IMG/VR virus record: IMGVR_UViG_2778261418_000014
Location: 1 to 47,069 of that record
Length of the DNA stretch: 47,069 nucleotides
Source of the DNA: a virus
Taxonomy: Duplodnaviria > Heunggongvirae > Uroviricota > Caudoviricetes
Reading direction: 5' to 3' (one strand)
Under the pieces are notes generated by a model that was given only the letters and a program-made list of their open reading frames with translations, ran no database searches and was not told the DNA's origin. This document shows, piece by piece, positions 1 through 10,524 of this stretch. The first letter of the stretch is position 1. Each line of letters begins with the position of its first letter. The position numbers and the translations under genes are program-made.

Positions 1-162
1 ATATTCATGATATTTGATTTTTTTAGAGTTAAAGAACGTGTAATTATTTGTTTTCAGATTAAAAAACCTCTATTACTATCACGCACCGGAAAGGCTATGT
101 TTTCGGCGAATGCTTATTACTTAAGATATTTATTTAAATGCAACTGCGACGGGAGTAATCTG

Positions 163-510
163 ATGCAGCAAAGAGATACTTACCTTCATGGGGAACAAAG
201 GCAGTTATTTCTTAGCAAGAAGAATCAGTATCTAGCGATAGGAAAGGTTCCTGAAGATATATTCTGGTTGCTAGTGGAGATGTCAGCCATACGCAGTCAA
301 AGCATCATAAAGGCATTGTATGACTATCTTGTTCTTGGTGATTCGAGAAAAGTTATCTGCGAGCGATACAATGTAAATAATGGATATATAAGTACCAGTT
401 TATCTCGTCTGGAACGTATGAATGAAATGATAAAAGAAATTATACCCCACCATGTAAAATGGTATTTGGGCACCAATAATTACTGTGAATGCTGTGCGCG
501 TGCTATATGA
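163..510 (+). CDS. PapB/FaeB-family adhesin-operon transcriptional regulator
   Basis: Track ORF 7..510. ATG at 163 is preceded by GGGAG (151-155) at 7-nt spacing. The segment SIIKALYDYLVLGDSRKVICERYNVNNGYISTSLSRLERM matches the conserved PapB-family core as I recall it (DYLV.G.SRKEVCEKY.MNNGYFSTTL.RL). Start is uncertain (7 and 97 are alternatives). Confidence 0.6.
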   Translation: MQQRDTYLHGEQRQLFLSKKNQYLAIGKVPEDIFWLLVEMSAIRSQSIIKALYDYLVLGDSRKVICERYNVNNGYISTSLSRLERMNEMIKEIIPHHVKWYLGTNNYCECCARAI

Positions 511-815
511 ATCAGAGAAGGACTGTCTATTCATAGATAAAATAATATCTATATAGGCATTTCTGCATGTTATAAAAATTGCACCTATAGCAATTGTGTT
601 GGTAAACTATCTTTTTCGTTTATAAGGAGGCGTTAATAAAAAAGTCGCAACTAGGTGTTAATTTTTTTCACTATGTATCGGTTATGTGGTCTTGATGATA
701 GTGAAAAGTTATGGATAAAGCTGCCATTAAATAATTATACAGATAACAAATTCTCAAAATATTATCTCATTGAGGCTTCAACTGTAGCTGGTGCAGTAAT
801 TTACTGAAGGTATTT

Positions 816-3800
816 ATGAATAAAATATATAAAGTGATATGGAACCACAGTACTCAGCAGTGGGATGTGGTTTCAGAATTGACAAGTTGTAGAAAAAAAT
901 GTAAATCAACTCGCTTAGGAATTGCTTTATCAGCAATGGTTCTGGGGGGCGCTATTGCAATTAATTGCAATAACGCAATGGCAGATGTCATATTGTCACC
1001 AGACTGGCGTCCGGGTACGAATAACTCGGGTGTTGGGGCTGCAACAGTAAGTGGTAAAACCGAATACATCACTGGTCCAAATGTCGTCCAGTCTGGTGGG
1101 TCAGGTCTTATCTGGATGACTGTAGAACAGGCAATTTTAAATGGCTACACCACTGGAGATAATTTATCCGGATTGATTTACGTCAATACCGGAGAAAAAA
1201 CAAAAACCATTACAGTGAAGGATGAGGTTACTGGCGCTTCTCAAACACTTCAAGTGTTTGATACTGACTCTTTCTCACAACGCGATGCGGGGACTGGGGG
1301 AAATGAAAATATTCCTGGTTTTAGTGGGACTGCGGATTTTTTTAATGCGACACGTTTTGTAACAGCAGAAAATGGCGGTACAGCTATTTTAAATGTGGGT
1401 TCGCCTGCAATCGGTAATTTTTTTAAAAATACACAGCTTGCTGTAGCTGATGGAGACGGTTCCTCTGTTGTATGGAACTCGGTCAATGATTTTTATTTTC
1501 AGCCTGCAGCAACCATGCAGGGGGGCGGCGTTACTCAAAAGATCATTGACTCAATGAAATACGCTGGAACAATTACTGATTGGACGGGTAAAGTACACCA
1601 TATTAACTCTCTTGATGATTTAAAGCAATATAATCAATATTTGATAAAGTCACTAGAGGACAAAACGCTTTCTTATAAGCAGTATGATGCTGAATTTAAT
1701 AAGGCCCTTATTGTCACCAAGCATAATTACAATGTGGATATGACCGCTGGGGGACGTATAGACTCAACTCCTTACAAAGAAAATGTAGGGCTGCTTGCTG
1801 TTCTCCATGCAACCAATAAAGCACGAGCAATATTAGGTAAAACGGGTAAATTAACTGGAGTTCTTCCTGCCTATGGGAATGGAGGAGGGATCGTTGCAAC
1901 TAATGGTGGGACCGGTGTTAATGAAGGGATCATTGATGCCATTGGTACTGAAATGATTGCCTATCAAGACAGTACCATTGTTAACGATGGTACACTTTAT
2001 GTTTGGGATAATAATGATAAATATGCTCTCCAGGCGGAGGGGATGGTTGCTGGGAGTAATAACTCATCAGCCATTAATAATAGTGTCATTAATATTCGCC
2101 CATTTAAAAATGCTTTCGCACCAGAGGGGATTAACACCGCAATTGTTGTTAGCAATGGAGGCATGGCAACAAATAATGGCACGATAAATATTACTGCTGA
2201 TGCATCAACTAATGATAATAATGGAAAAACACGAGGTGTAAATGTTGGAGCAGGAGGCTCTTTTATTAACTCGGCCTTAGGGAACATCAATATAGGTATT
2301 GCGGAGGATAAAACTGCGACTCATTCGGCTGTGGGTTCTGTTGCGATTGAAGTACAAAATGGTGCAAACAAAGTCGTTAATGAAGGTACTATTCTTTTGG
2401 GCACGGGGGCTCAGGGGAACTACGGAATCCTGGCAAAGGATGCCGGGACTGTTGATGTGGTAAATACAGGGACTATCACTATTGACGGTCATGACAGTGA
2501 TGCACCTGCACTGAATATCGGTATGTTTGCAAATAACAGCACCGGGCTGAAAAACACCGGGGTTATTAATGTGAATGGCCTGAACAGTGCCGGATTACAG
2601 GTCATAAACGGAGGCCAGATAGCGTCTGACGGTACTGTAAATGTTGGCGGCAAGGGTATCAGTAGTGGTTTCCGTAACTATGGCGCATGGGTGGAAGGCA
2701 CCGGAAGTCGTGTTGATATATCCGGCGAAATTAGCCTTACCGGTGACGGCGCAGTGGGGGTTTTTGCCAAAGATGGCGGAAACCTGACCCTGTCAGGGAA
2801 TGGTGCGGTGGTATTCGGTGGCAGTGACCAGGTGGGGTTTTATGTCTATGGTGATGGTTCCGCCATTCATAATACCGGGAACAGTGTTATGGATGTTTCC
2901 ACCGAAAATTCAACGTTATTCCGTATTGCCAGCGGGGCGGTATACCGGGGGGGCACAGGGGCATCCTCTGATCTGACGGCATCCGGTAAGAACTCGTATG
3001 CGCTTGTTGCCACTGGCAGGTCTGACACAGGGACTGCCTCAACCGTCACATCCGGAGGGATGACCATCAACCTGACGGGAGAGGGGGCGACAGCTGTCCT
3101 GGTAGAGGGCGGGGCACAGGGCTCAATTGACAGTAGTACCACTATCAATATGGATAATGCCAGCGCGATTGCCGGTATTGCGGATGGCAACGGGTATGAT
3201 ATTTCCGGCAATCTTATTAATCCAAATGACAAGACCACATTATTAACAGCAGGTGCTCAGCTGAGCTCTTCTCAGGATAAAGTAACCGGGTATATCGCCC
3301 GCAATGGGGCAACCCTGGAGAACACCGGTAATATCACCTTTACCGGAAAGAACACGACCGGTATCCGGGTTGAGGAAGGCGCTACTGGCACCAACAGTGG
3401 AAATATCATCGTTCAGGATGGCGGTGTGGGATTACTTGCCCGCGGCTCACAGGACTCCACGACCATTAATAACAGCGGCAATCTGGTCCTCAGTGGGGGG
3501 GATAATGCCAATCGTACCACTGGGGTTAAAGCTTCCGGTGCAGCAACAACGGTTAATATGATCGCCGGCACACTCGAACTGCAGGGGCAGGGGGCGATTG
3601 GCGTTGAGGTCAGTGAACAGGGAACGGTGAATCTTGAGGGGACTGCCATTCCTAAGTTTGCTGCTGACGGTTCCGGTATTACCGATCAGATTGCTTTCCG
3701 TATTATCGGAGATGGTGCAACCATCAATACGAAGGTTGCACAGGGAACGCTGCTGGAAGCCAGTGGGCAGCGGTCAGTGCTCTTCCGCATTGAAGACGGG

Positions 3801-6800
3801 GCAAAACAGACAGGCTCTCTGCTGATGCAAACCTCCGGGACAGGCAGCCGGGGGATCTGGGCCGCAGGGAAAGGGAGCAATGTCCTGGCTGAGGCTGGCA
3901 GTGATTTCCAGATCCTGGGGGCTCAGGCTCAGGGATTATATGTAACTGGTGGTGCGACAGCGACGCTGAAACAGGGGGCATCAGTTAACCTTGTAGGGGA
4001 TGGCGCTGTTGTCGCGGAAGTTGACGGAAATGAATACGCTCTGGATGGCAGTATTACACAAACGAATACTGGCTCGGTTATTACCAATGAGGCAGATATC
4101 TCTTCGCCGCTGAATAATGCCAAGGGCTTTATTACGCGTAATCAGGGACTGTTGATTAACAGCGGCAACATTGATTTCACTGCCGGTACCGATAATATCG
4201 GCGTCTGGGTTGATAACGGCCGCTTTGAAAATACAGGAAGCCGTATTGCGGTCAATGGCGTTGCATTATTTGTTGAAGGCGCACAGTCTCAGATTACCAG
4301 CACAGGAGGGAATATCGTCGCTGTGGATGGTGAGGCTGCCATTAAGCTGGGGGCGGGCGCGTCACTGAACCTGGCAGGGAGTGGCCTGGGTACGATCGAA
4401 GGTCAGAAAAATGCGCATGGCATCCTGCTGGATACAGGGGCTGTGGGGCTGGTTATTGATGGTGCGAAAATCAATGTTAATGCTGCAGGTGCGGTCGGTC
4501 ACGGGATTGAGAACCGCGCAGAAATTGAAGGCATTCAGTTAACCAATACGACTGAAATTAATGTGGCTGATGGCATTGGTGTGCGAACTTCTGCTTCTCT
4601 GGCGAAGACCAACAGCGGCACTATTAATGTAGACGGCAGTGGAATTGCACTGGCGTTCCAGAAAGCTGACGGAAGTGAAACCGATAATAACCTGGATATG
4701 TCTGACTCCGGCGGATTAGTCATTAATCTGAAAGGCACGGGCGGCACGGGTATTTTCGCCAACACTAAAGATGGTGCTGTCGTGAAGAGTGGTGCAAGTG
4801 TCAATGTTACACAGGCCGATGGCGGTTCCGCTCTGGTGGTTAACAATGCGGCCAGTGAAGTGGTTCAGAGCGGTAATCTCATTTCTGCTTCTCTGAATCA
4901 TGCCGTGGTGGATGCATCAAAAGCACTGTCCTTTACCAATAAAGGTCAGATTAAAGCTGCGTCCGCCACCGGGACTGCAATGGCGTTTGATGACGCAGTG
5001 AATACCACCGTACTGAATGACAGCGGTGCTGAAATTCAGGGGGTTGTGGCTCTGAACGGCGGTGATAACACATTCACCAATAAAGGCAGTATTACCGGAA
5101 CCGTCAGTGCAAAAGATGGCAACAACACATTGTTATTTGATGACGGCAGCATACTGACAGGAGAAGTGACTGCAGGAAATGGCAATAACAATGTAACGCT
5201 CAATGGTAAGGCTCATGTTGATAAGATTACTGCCGGTACCGGGAAGAACACCTTCACCATTAAAGGCGAAGGGGCAACCTGGAACCAGCTGGATGGCGGG
5301 CAGGGAGATTCTGATTCCCTGATTTTTGATAACGCCATTCATACGCTGGATTCTGTTGTAAAACTACGGAATTTTGAACATGTCGGGCTGAAGAACAGTT
5401 CGCTTGTCACTCTGAAGGAAGCTCTTGTGCTGACCGATGGGGGGACCGGCCCGGGTTCCGTCGATATTGAATCGGGCAGCGAACTGGCCATTATTCCCGC
5501 AGTTGCAGGCAACTTTACCTTTGATCCATTGTTAACGGGCAAAGGAACGCTGTCTGCTCAGCTTGATGCCGAGACCTCTGCTTTTGAATTCAGCCATAAC
5601 GTCGGGGATCAATTTGCCGGAACTCTGAAGCTGGGTACCAGTAGCTTTGCTCTGGAAGGGCTGAATACGAGCGGGTTAACCCATGCAATGCTGATGTCTG
5701 AAACCGGGAATATCACAACGGTTGGCTCCGGTGTTCAGCAGATTGGCGGTCTTGGGTTCAATGGCGGAACGCTGATTTTTGGTTCCGTTATGCCGGGCGA
5801 TACCATTGCCAGCAACAGTATTGAAACCTCTGCTGCAGGTACGCTGGATATCCGGGGGAAAGGCACAATTCAGGTCACCATGCCAGATGAAGTGATTAAT
5901 GATATTCCGGCTGTTGATACCCGTAAGAATTTGCTGGAGCAGGATGATGCGCAGACCCTGGTCACGCTGGTGAATGCAGCGGGTACCGTCACCGGTACTG
6001 GCGGGCAACTGCAACTGGTGGATGAAAACGGGCAGGCTATTTCTCACAGTCAGACGTTTGATGTCACTCAGGGCGGTGAAGTTGTAGCTCAGGGAAATTA
6101 TGACTATAAGCTGCTGGGAAGCTCCGACGGTATTAAAGGTGACGGACTGTACATAGGCTATGGGCTGAAGTCGCTGGATTTACAGGGAACCGGTGATAAA
6201 GCGCTGGTGCTGACACCGAGAGCGAATGCCCAGGGACTGCAGACAGATCTTGGCGCACAGTTAACGGGGGCAGGGGATCTGGCCATCGAAGCTGCGGGGC
6301 AGGTTGTCACACTGTCTAACGGCGGTAATAACTACACCGGGGATACGCTGGTGCGCAGCGGCACATTACAGATGGCAAATGATAATGTACTTGGCGCAAC
6401 AGGTAATCTGAACGTCGCCAGCAATGCCGTCTTCAGAACAAACGGATACAGCCAGACTGTCGGTGCACTGCAGACAGAAACGGGAGCGCACATTCAGCTT
6501 GATAGCGGTAGTGTACTAACGGTCAGCGGCACGCAGCGTCAGCCGGGGGATGATAATGGTGGCATCATTGAAAACAACGTGCTGTCCGGTGAGGGAACGC
6601 TGGCTGTCACGGGCAGCAATCTGACGGTACATGGCACCAATATCGGGTTTACCGGTAATGCCAGCCTTACCCAGGGGGCGCTGGTTGAAATGAACGGCGC
6701 ACAGGGGCTGGGAAGCCAGGGCTCCATCAGCTTTGAAAGCCTTAATGATCGCCTGGCGATTGATATCGCCGACGGTAGCGGAGTCAGCAGTAACCTGAGT

Positions 6801-8723
6801 AAATCGCTTTCCGGAGAAGGTTCAGTGGGTATACTGAACACCACTGATCTGACGCTTTCCGGGGATAACAGTAATTTCAGCGGTGAATTCCGTGTGCAGA
6901 AAGATGCTGCTCTGCGGGCTTCAGATGAAAAACACCTGGGCACCGGGCTGATTGACAGTGATGGTGTCACCTGGCTTACCGCCAGTGGAAACTGGTTACT
7001 GAAGAATGATATTACTGGCTCCGGCGCTCTGGTGAAACAGGGGGCGGGTAATCTGATCATTAATCATGAGCTGACTTATACCGGTGATACCACGGTTGAA
7101 AATGGCGTTCTGATTGTCGGTGATGATTCAGTCACCCGCGCCGCTGATGCGACGCTATCAGGCTCCGGAAATATTCATGTTCTCAATGGCGGCACACTCA
7201 GTGGGCAGGGTACCGTTGCAGGTCATGTTAATAACCAGGGAACGCTGGCATCACTGAATGCACTTTCAGGCTATGAGAACGCAGAAGTAAGCAATTTTAC
7301 GGTTGGCTCACTGACCAATACCGGCGTCATTCGTCTGGCCGGTGGTAAGACAGGAAATACCCTGACCGTAAATGGCGATTACACCGGTGGCGGTACGTTA
7401 ATTATCAATACCGTGCTGGGGGATGATACCTCTGCCACTGACAAACTGATTGTCACGGGTAACACTTCCGGCGATACCGGCGTGGTGGTGAATAACGTCC
7501 GGGGCCAGGGGGCTCAGACCGCTGACGGCATTGAGATTGTGCATGTCGGTGGTCAGTCTAACGGTAACTTCAGACTGGAGAATCGTGCTGTGGCCGGGGC
7601 ATGGGAATATTTCCTGCATAAAGGTAATGCGGGTGGTACCGACGGTAACTGGTATCTGCGCTCTGAATTGCCGCCGGAGCCGGGGACAAAACCGGAGACA
7701 AAACCGGAGACAAAACCAACACCGGATAAACCTGTGCAGACGGTCTATCGCCCGGAGGCTGGCTCATATATTTCGAACATTGCGGCGGCTAACACGCTGT
7801 TCAACACCAGAATGCACGATCGTGAGGGGGAAACTTACTATACCGACGTGTTTACTGGTGAGAAAAAAGCAACCAGTATGTGGATGCGTCATGTTGGCGG
7901 TCATAATCGCTGGAAGGACAGTAGTTCACAACTGAATACGCAAAGCAACCGCTATGTTGTGCAACTGGGTGGCAGCATTGCACAGTGGACTGACGGTCAG
8001 GAGCGTCTGCAGCTGGGTATTATGGCCGGTTACGGGAATGAGAAGAGCTCCACGACATCCTCGGTTTCGGGATATAAATCTAAAGGCTCGATCAGCGGTT
8101 ACAGTACCGGTTTATACGGAACGTGGCAGCAGAATGACGGCAATGACACCGGGGCTTATGTTGACACCTGGATCCAGTACGGCTGGTTTAATAATACCGT
8201 TAATGGTGAAAAACTGGCGGCGGAGTCCTGGAAATCCCGTGGATTTACCGGTTCAGTGGAAGCAGGTTATACCTTCAAAGCCGGCGAATTTACCGGCAGC
8301 CAGGGAAGCCACTATGACTGGTATATTCAGCCACAGTCCCAGCTTACGTGGATGAATGTAAGAGCCGGCGAACATAAGGAGAAAAACGGCACGAAAGTTC
8401 AGCTTAACGGAGACGGCAATATCCAGAGTCGTCTGGGCGTCAGAACTTACCTGAAAGGTAAGAGTGCGTCTGATGACAATAAGGCGCATCAGTTCGAGCC
8501 TTTTGTGGAGGTTAACTGGATCCATAATACACAGGACTGGAGTGTCAAAATGGATAATACGGTACTCAGTCAGGACGGAGCCACAAATATTGCTGAAGTC
8601 AAAACGGGTGTTCAGGGTAAATTGTCAGACAACCTGAATATCTGGGGCAATGTTGGCGTTCAGGTCGGCGATAAAGGGTACAGTGATGCCCAGGCAATGC
8701 TGGGTATTAAATATACATTTTAA
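816..8723 (+). CDS. Giant type Va autotransporter adhesin (2635 aa)
   Basis: N-terminus MNKIYKVIWNHSTQQWDVVSEL is the extended signal peptide motif typical of autotransporters. The passenger is a long Gly/Thr/Asn-rich beta-helix-like repeat region with PATR-like repeats (GAGDLAIEAAGQVVTLSNGGNNYTGDTLVRSGTLQ; GSGALVKQGAGNLIINHELTYTGDTTVENGVLIV). A pertactin-like autochaperone region and a Pro-rich linker PEPGTKPETKPETKPTPDKP precede a C-terminal beta-barrel-like domain ending KYTF. Confidence 0.85.
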   Translation: MNKIYKVIWNHSTQQWDVVSELTSCRKKCKSTRLGIALSAMVLGGAIAINCNNAMADVILSPDWRPGTNNSGVGAATVSGKTEYITGPNVVQSGGSGLIWMTVEQAILNGYTTGDNLSGLIYVNTGEKTKTITVKDEVTGASQTLQVFDTDSFSQRDAGTGGNENIPGFSGTADFFNATRFVTAENGGTAILNVGSPAIGNFFKNTQLAVADGDGSSVVWNSVNDFYFQPAATMQGGGVTQKIIDSMKYAGTITDWTGKVHHINSLDDLKQYNQYLIKSLEDKTLSYKQYDAEFNKALIVTKHNYNVDMTAGGRIDSTPYKENVGLLAVLHATNKARAILGKTGKLTGVLPAYGNGGGIVATNGGTGVNEGIIDAIGTEMIAYQDSTIVNDGTLYVWDNNDKYALQAEGMVAGSNNSSAINNSVINIRPFKNAFAPEGINTAIVVSNGGMATNNGTINITADASTNDNNGKTRGVNVGAGGSFINSALGNINIGIAEDKTATHSAVGSVAIEVQNGANKVVNEGTILLGTGAQGNYGILAKDAGTVDVVNTGTITIDGHDSDAPALNIGMFANNSTGLKNTGVINVNGLNSAGLQVINGGQIASDGTVNVGGKGISSGFRNYGAWVEGTGSRVDISGEISLTGDGAVGVFAKDGGNLTLSGNGAVVFGGSDQVGFYVYGDGSAIHNTGNSVMDVSTENSTLFRIASGAVYRGGTGASSDLTASGKNSYALVATGRSDTGTASTVTSGGMTINLTGEGATAVLVEGGAQGSIDSSTTINMDNASAIAGIADGNGYDISGNLINPNDKTTLLTAGAQLSSSQDKVTGYIARNGATLENTGNITFTGKNTTGIRVEEGATGTNSGNIIVQDGGVGLLARGSQDSTTINNSGNLVLSGGDNANRTTGVKASGAATTVNMIAGTLELQGQGAIGVEVSEQGTVNLEGTAIPKFAADGSGITDQIAFRIIGDGATINTKVAQGTLLEASGQRSVLFRIEDGAKQTGSLLMQTSGTGSRGIWAAGKGSNVLAEAGSDFQILGAQAQGLYVTGGATATLKQGASVNLVGDGAVVAEVDGNEYALDGSITQTNTGSVITNEADISSPLNNAKGFITRNQGLLINSGNIDFTAGTDNIGVWVDNGRFENTGSRIAVNGVALFVEGAQSQITSTGGNIVAVDGEAAIKLGAGASLNLAGSGLGTIEGQKNAHGILLDTGAVGLVIDGAKINVNAAGAVGHGIENRAEIEGIQLTNTTEINVADGIGVRTSASLAKTNSGTINVDGSGIALAFQKADGSETDNNLDMSDSGGLVINLKGTGGTGIFANTKDGAVVKSGASVNVTQADGGSALVVNNAASEVVQSGNLISASLNHAVVDASKALSFTNKGQIKAASATGTAMAFDDAVNTTVLNDSGAEIQGVVALNGGDNTFTNKGSITGTVSAKDGNNTLLFDDGSILTGEVTAGNGNNNVTLNGKAHVDKITAGTGKNTFTIKGEGATWNQLDGGQGDSDSLIFDNAIHTLDSVVKLRNFEHVGLKNSSLVTLKEALVLTDGGTGPGSVDIESGSELAIIPAVAGNFTFDPLLTGKGTLSAQLDAETSAFEFSHNVGDQFAGTLKLGTSSFALEGLNTSGLTHAMLMSETGNITTVGSGVQQIGGLGFNGGTLIFGSVMPGDTIASNSIETSAAGTLDIRGKGTIQVTMPDEVINDIPAVDTRKNLLEQDDAQTLVTLVNAAGTVTGTGGQLQLVDENGQAISHSQTFDVTQGGEVVAQGNYDYKLLGSSDGIKGDGLYIGYGLKSLDLQGTGDKALVLTPRANAQGLQTDLGAQLTGAGDLAIEAAGQVVTLSNGGNNYTGDTLVRSGTLQMANDNVLGATGNLNVASNAVFRTNGYSQTVGALQTETGAHIQLDSGSVLTVSGTQRQPGDDNGGIIENNVLSGEGTLAVTGSNLTVHGTNIGFTGNASLTQGALVEMNGAQGLGSQGSISFESLNDRLAIDIADGSGVSSNLSKSLSGEGSVGILNTTDLTLSGDNSNFSGEFRVQKDAALRASDEKHLGTGLIDSDGVTWLTASGNWLLKNDITGSGALVKQGAGNLIINHELTYTGDTTVENGVLIVGDDSVTRAADATLSGSGNIHVLNGGTLSGQGTVAGHVNNQGTLASLNALSGYENAEVSNFTVGSLTNTGVIRLAGGKTGNTLTVNGDYTGGGTLIINTVLGDDTSATDKLIVTGNTSGDTGVVVNNVRGQGAQTADGIEIVHVGGQSNGNFRLENRAVAGAWEYFLHKGNAGGTDGNWYLRSELPPEPGTKPETKPETKPTPDKPVQTVYRPEAGSYISNIAAANTLFNTRMHDREGETYYTDVFTGEKKATSMWMRHVGGHNRWKDSSSQLNTQSNRYVVQLGGSIAQWTDGQERLQLGIMAGYGNEKSSTTSSVSGYKSKGSISGYSTGLYGTWQQNDGNDTGAYVDTWIQYGWFNNTVNGEKLAAESWKSRGFTGSVEAGYTFKAGEFTGSQGSHYDWYIQPQSQLTWMNVRAGEHKEKNGTKVQLNGDGNIQSRLGVRTYLKGKSASDDNKAHQFEPFVEVNWIHNTQDWSVKMDNTVLSQDGATNIAEVKTGVQGKLSDNLNIWGNVGVQVGDKGYSDAQAMLGIKYTF
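7685..7718 (+). repeat. Tandem 12-bp repeat (gacaaaaccgga, about 2.8 copies) encoding the PETKPETKP linker of the autotransporter
   Basis: Direct reading: gacaaaaccgga gacaaaaccgga gacaaaacca. Confidence 0.6.
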
Positions 8724-8730
8724 TCACATA

Positions 8731-8755
8731 GTGGCAGGAGGATCCCTCCTGCCAC
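8731..8755 (+). other. Perfect 11-bp stem hairpin between the autotransporter and Skp-like genes
   Basis: gtggcaggagg-atc-cctcctgccac. No U-tract follows, so it is more likely a stabiliser or attenuator than an efficient intrinsic terminator. Confidence 0.4.
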
Positions 8756-8770
8756 ATCCGGGTAGTCATA

Positions 8771-9313
8771 ATGAGTTCTGTAATGAAATTTTCTGTTGCT
8801 AATGCAGTATTGTTGCTGTTGCTGATTGGATTTACTGGTGTTATTTATATGAATAAATCAAAAGAAATTGCAGTTGTTAATATTGATGCTGTTTATAATC
8901 AGTCTTCTGCCGGAGAACTGGCCAGAACGCATCTGAGTGAAGTTAAGATTATTCTTGAAAAGGGATACAAGGATGCGCTAAAAGCATTCGCAGATAACGA
9001 AAATAAAGATGCACTGCTTCTTGATGCCAGACAAAAACTGGAGAGGCAATATGTTATCGAGGAGCACAATGCAAAAATGGTGTTATCCCGTGTAATAGAT
9101 AATGCCATAAATAACTGGAGAAAAGATAACACAGGAAATATTGCTGTGTTGTCTTCAGGTGTTGTGCTTGCACATAACGATTCAGCTGATATCACAAAAG
9201 AAATTATGGCTCTGGTTGAAAAAGAACATCTGGTTTTTAATCAGTTACCTAAAGTGGAAGTGAAAGTTCAGGAGGAGGTGACAAGTAAAGAGGGAACAGA
9301 AGAAGATAAATAA
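8771..9313 (+). CDS. Skp/OmpH-like periplasmic chaperone
   Basis: 180-aa ORF with a hydrophobic N-terminus. KEIAVVNIDAVYNQSSAG and VLAHNDSADITKEIMALV resemble the Skp motifs (KIAIVN...; VAYNSSDVKDITADVLKQV). It lies immediately downstream of the autotransporter. Confidence 0.55.
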   Translation: MSSVMKFSVANAVLLLLLIGFTGVIYMNKSKEIAVVNIDAVYNQSSAGELARTHLSEVKIILEKGYKDALKAFADNENKDALLLDARQKLERQYVIEEHNAKMVLSRVIDNAINNWRKDNTGNIAVLSSGVVLAHNDSADITKEIMALVEKEHLVFNQLPKVEVKVQEEVTSKEGTEEDK

Positions 9314-9351
9314 CCATTAGTTCCCGATAACGTTTGTTGAGGCGATTCACA

Positions 9352-9390
9352 AGCCGGTATCTGTTATCACTCAGATACCGGCTTATTGTT
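9352..9390 (+). terminator. Rho-independent terminator-like hairpin after the Skp-like gene
   Basis: Inverted repeat agccggtatctg / cagataccggct with an 8-nt loop, followed by tattgtt. Confidence 0.45.
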
Positions 9391-9547
9391 GGGGCCGGGT
9401 ATAATCCGGCAACAGCGTCAAATATCAGGAGGAGGAATGCTGGTTAGGTAACTTTATCATCTTCAGTCTCAAATTCTGATAAATGACAGGAATGTGCGGC
9501 ATGCATTACTTAACGTATACCATCTATAGCTAGATGAAAATTTATTT

Positions 9548-9952
9548 TTGATGTGGGGATTGATATATGGAAATGAAAAAAACATTTGCTATATAAAGAG
9601 TGAAATAAAAGAACATGATATTACTGTTCACTTATGGGTATTTGCATCGCTGACAAAAACTGAGTGTGATGTTCTTGAGTTAATAATGAAAGGGTATAGT
9701 TCTACAAAAATATCACACCTCCGGTCTCGTAGTAATAAAACTGTATCGTTACAAAAGAGACATATATACAAAAAACTTGGTGTCCGAAATGATGTTACAT
9801 TCTGGATTGATATTTTTTTGTCACCAGCGATAAGAACAGTTTTTTACCGAAAAGGCGAGGTTATTAACATAGAAAATGAAATTTTCGAAATGTCCGGTGA
9901 TTCATTTAAGCTTTTGAATAAGTCACTGAACACATTACTGGACAAAAAGTGA
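9548..9952 (+). CDS. LuxR-family HTH protein, possibly a truncated regulator
   Basis: LTKTECDVLELIMKGYSSTKISHLRSRSNKTVSLQKRHIYKKLGV is a typical LuxR-type HTH. It sits N-terminally rather than C-terminally, in very AT-rich DNA, so it may be a remnant. Confidence 0.4.
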   Translation: MMWGLIYGNEKNICYIKSEIKEHDITVHLWVFASLTKTECDVLELIMKGYSSTKISHLRSRSNKTVSLQKRHIYKKLGVRNDVTFWIDIFLSPAIRTVFYRKGEVINIENEIFEMSGDSFKLLNKSLNTLLDKK

Positions 9953-10017
9953 GTATTAATAATTACTGCGGTATCAGTTTAAAGACGGGGTAATTAATCT
10001 ACTGGTTATTATATACA

Positions 10018-10048
10018 CGCCGGGTCAGGCCGGCGCGTTCCTTTTTTG
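10018..10048 (+). terminator. Rho-independent terminator
   Basis: acgccgggtcaggccggcg hairpin followed by ttccttttttg. Confidence 0.55.
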
Positions 10049-10271
10049 TATATGGATTTTCTATTTGTGTATAAGACCCATACTTATCACGTGTTTGTGG
10101 ATTAAACCTCTAAAGAGGTTAAGCACTAGCAAGAAGGGCGATGGTGGGCAGCAATGCTGTTTTTGGTGTGATCACTCATGTCATCAATGATGCCCGAAGT
10201 GGGGAATTTGATGATTGTCCGGTTATTTAAGCTGCAAAGGGCTGGTGCTTTATGCCTGTGAGGTTTATAAT

Positions 10272-10298
10272 TGTGTACACATAACGAGTACACGAGGT
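10272..10298. promoter_or_regulatory. phd-doc promoter/operator palindromes
   Basis: TGTGTACACA palindrome plus the neighbouring GAGTACACGAG half-site repeat lie immediately upstream of phd. The phd/doc operon is autoregulated through palindromic operators. Confidence 0.5.
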
Positions 10299-10302
10299 GT
10301 TT

Positions 10303-10524
10303 ATGCAATCCATTAACTTCCGTACCGCGCGCGGCAACCTTTCTGAAGTGCTCAACAATGTTGAAGCCGGGGAAGAGGTTGAAATCACCCGCAGAGGCCG
10401 TGAGCCAGCAGTAATTGTCAGCAAGGCTACTTTCGAAGCCTACAAAAAAGCGGCGCTGGATGCTGAATTTGCATCCCTGTTTGACACCCTGGACTCCACC
10501 AACAAGGAACTGGTTAACCGATAA
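10303..10524 (+). CDS. phd: Phd antitoxin (prevent host death)
   Basis: [73 protein letters not shown] matches P1 Phd as I recall it. GAGGTG SD; TAATG overlap with doc. Confidence 0.93.

Noticed and set aside
6539-7060. 173-aa minus-strand ORF (and many similar 60-130 aa ORFs on both strands between 850 and 8525) inside the autotransporter gene
   Set aside because: Entirely nested antisense or out of frame within a very long, repeat-rich coding region with high G+C at wobble positions. No SD and no motifs; they are expected by chance.
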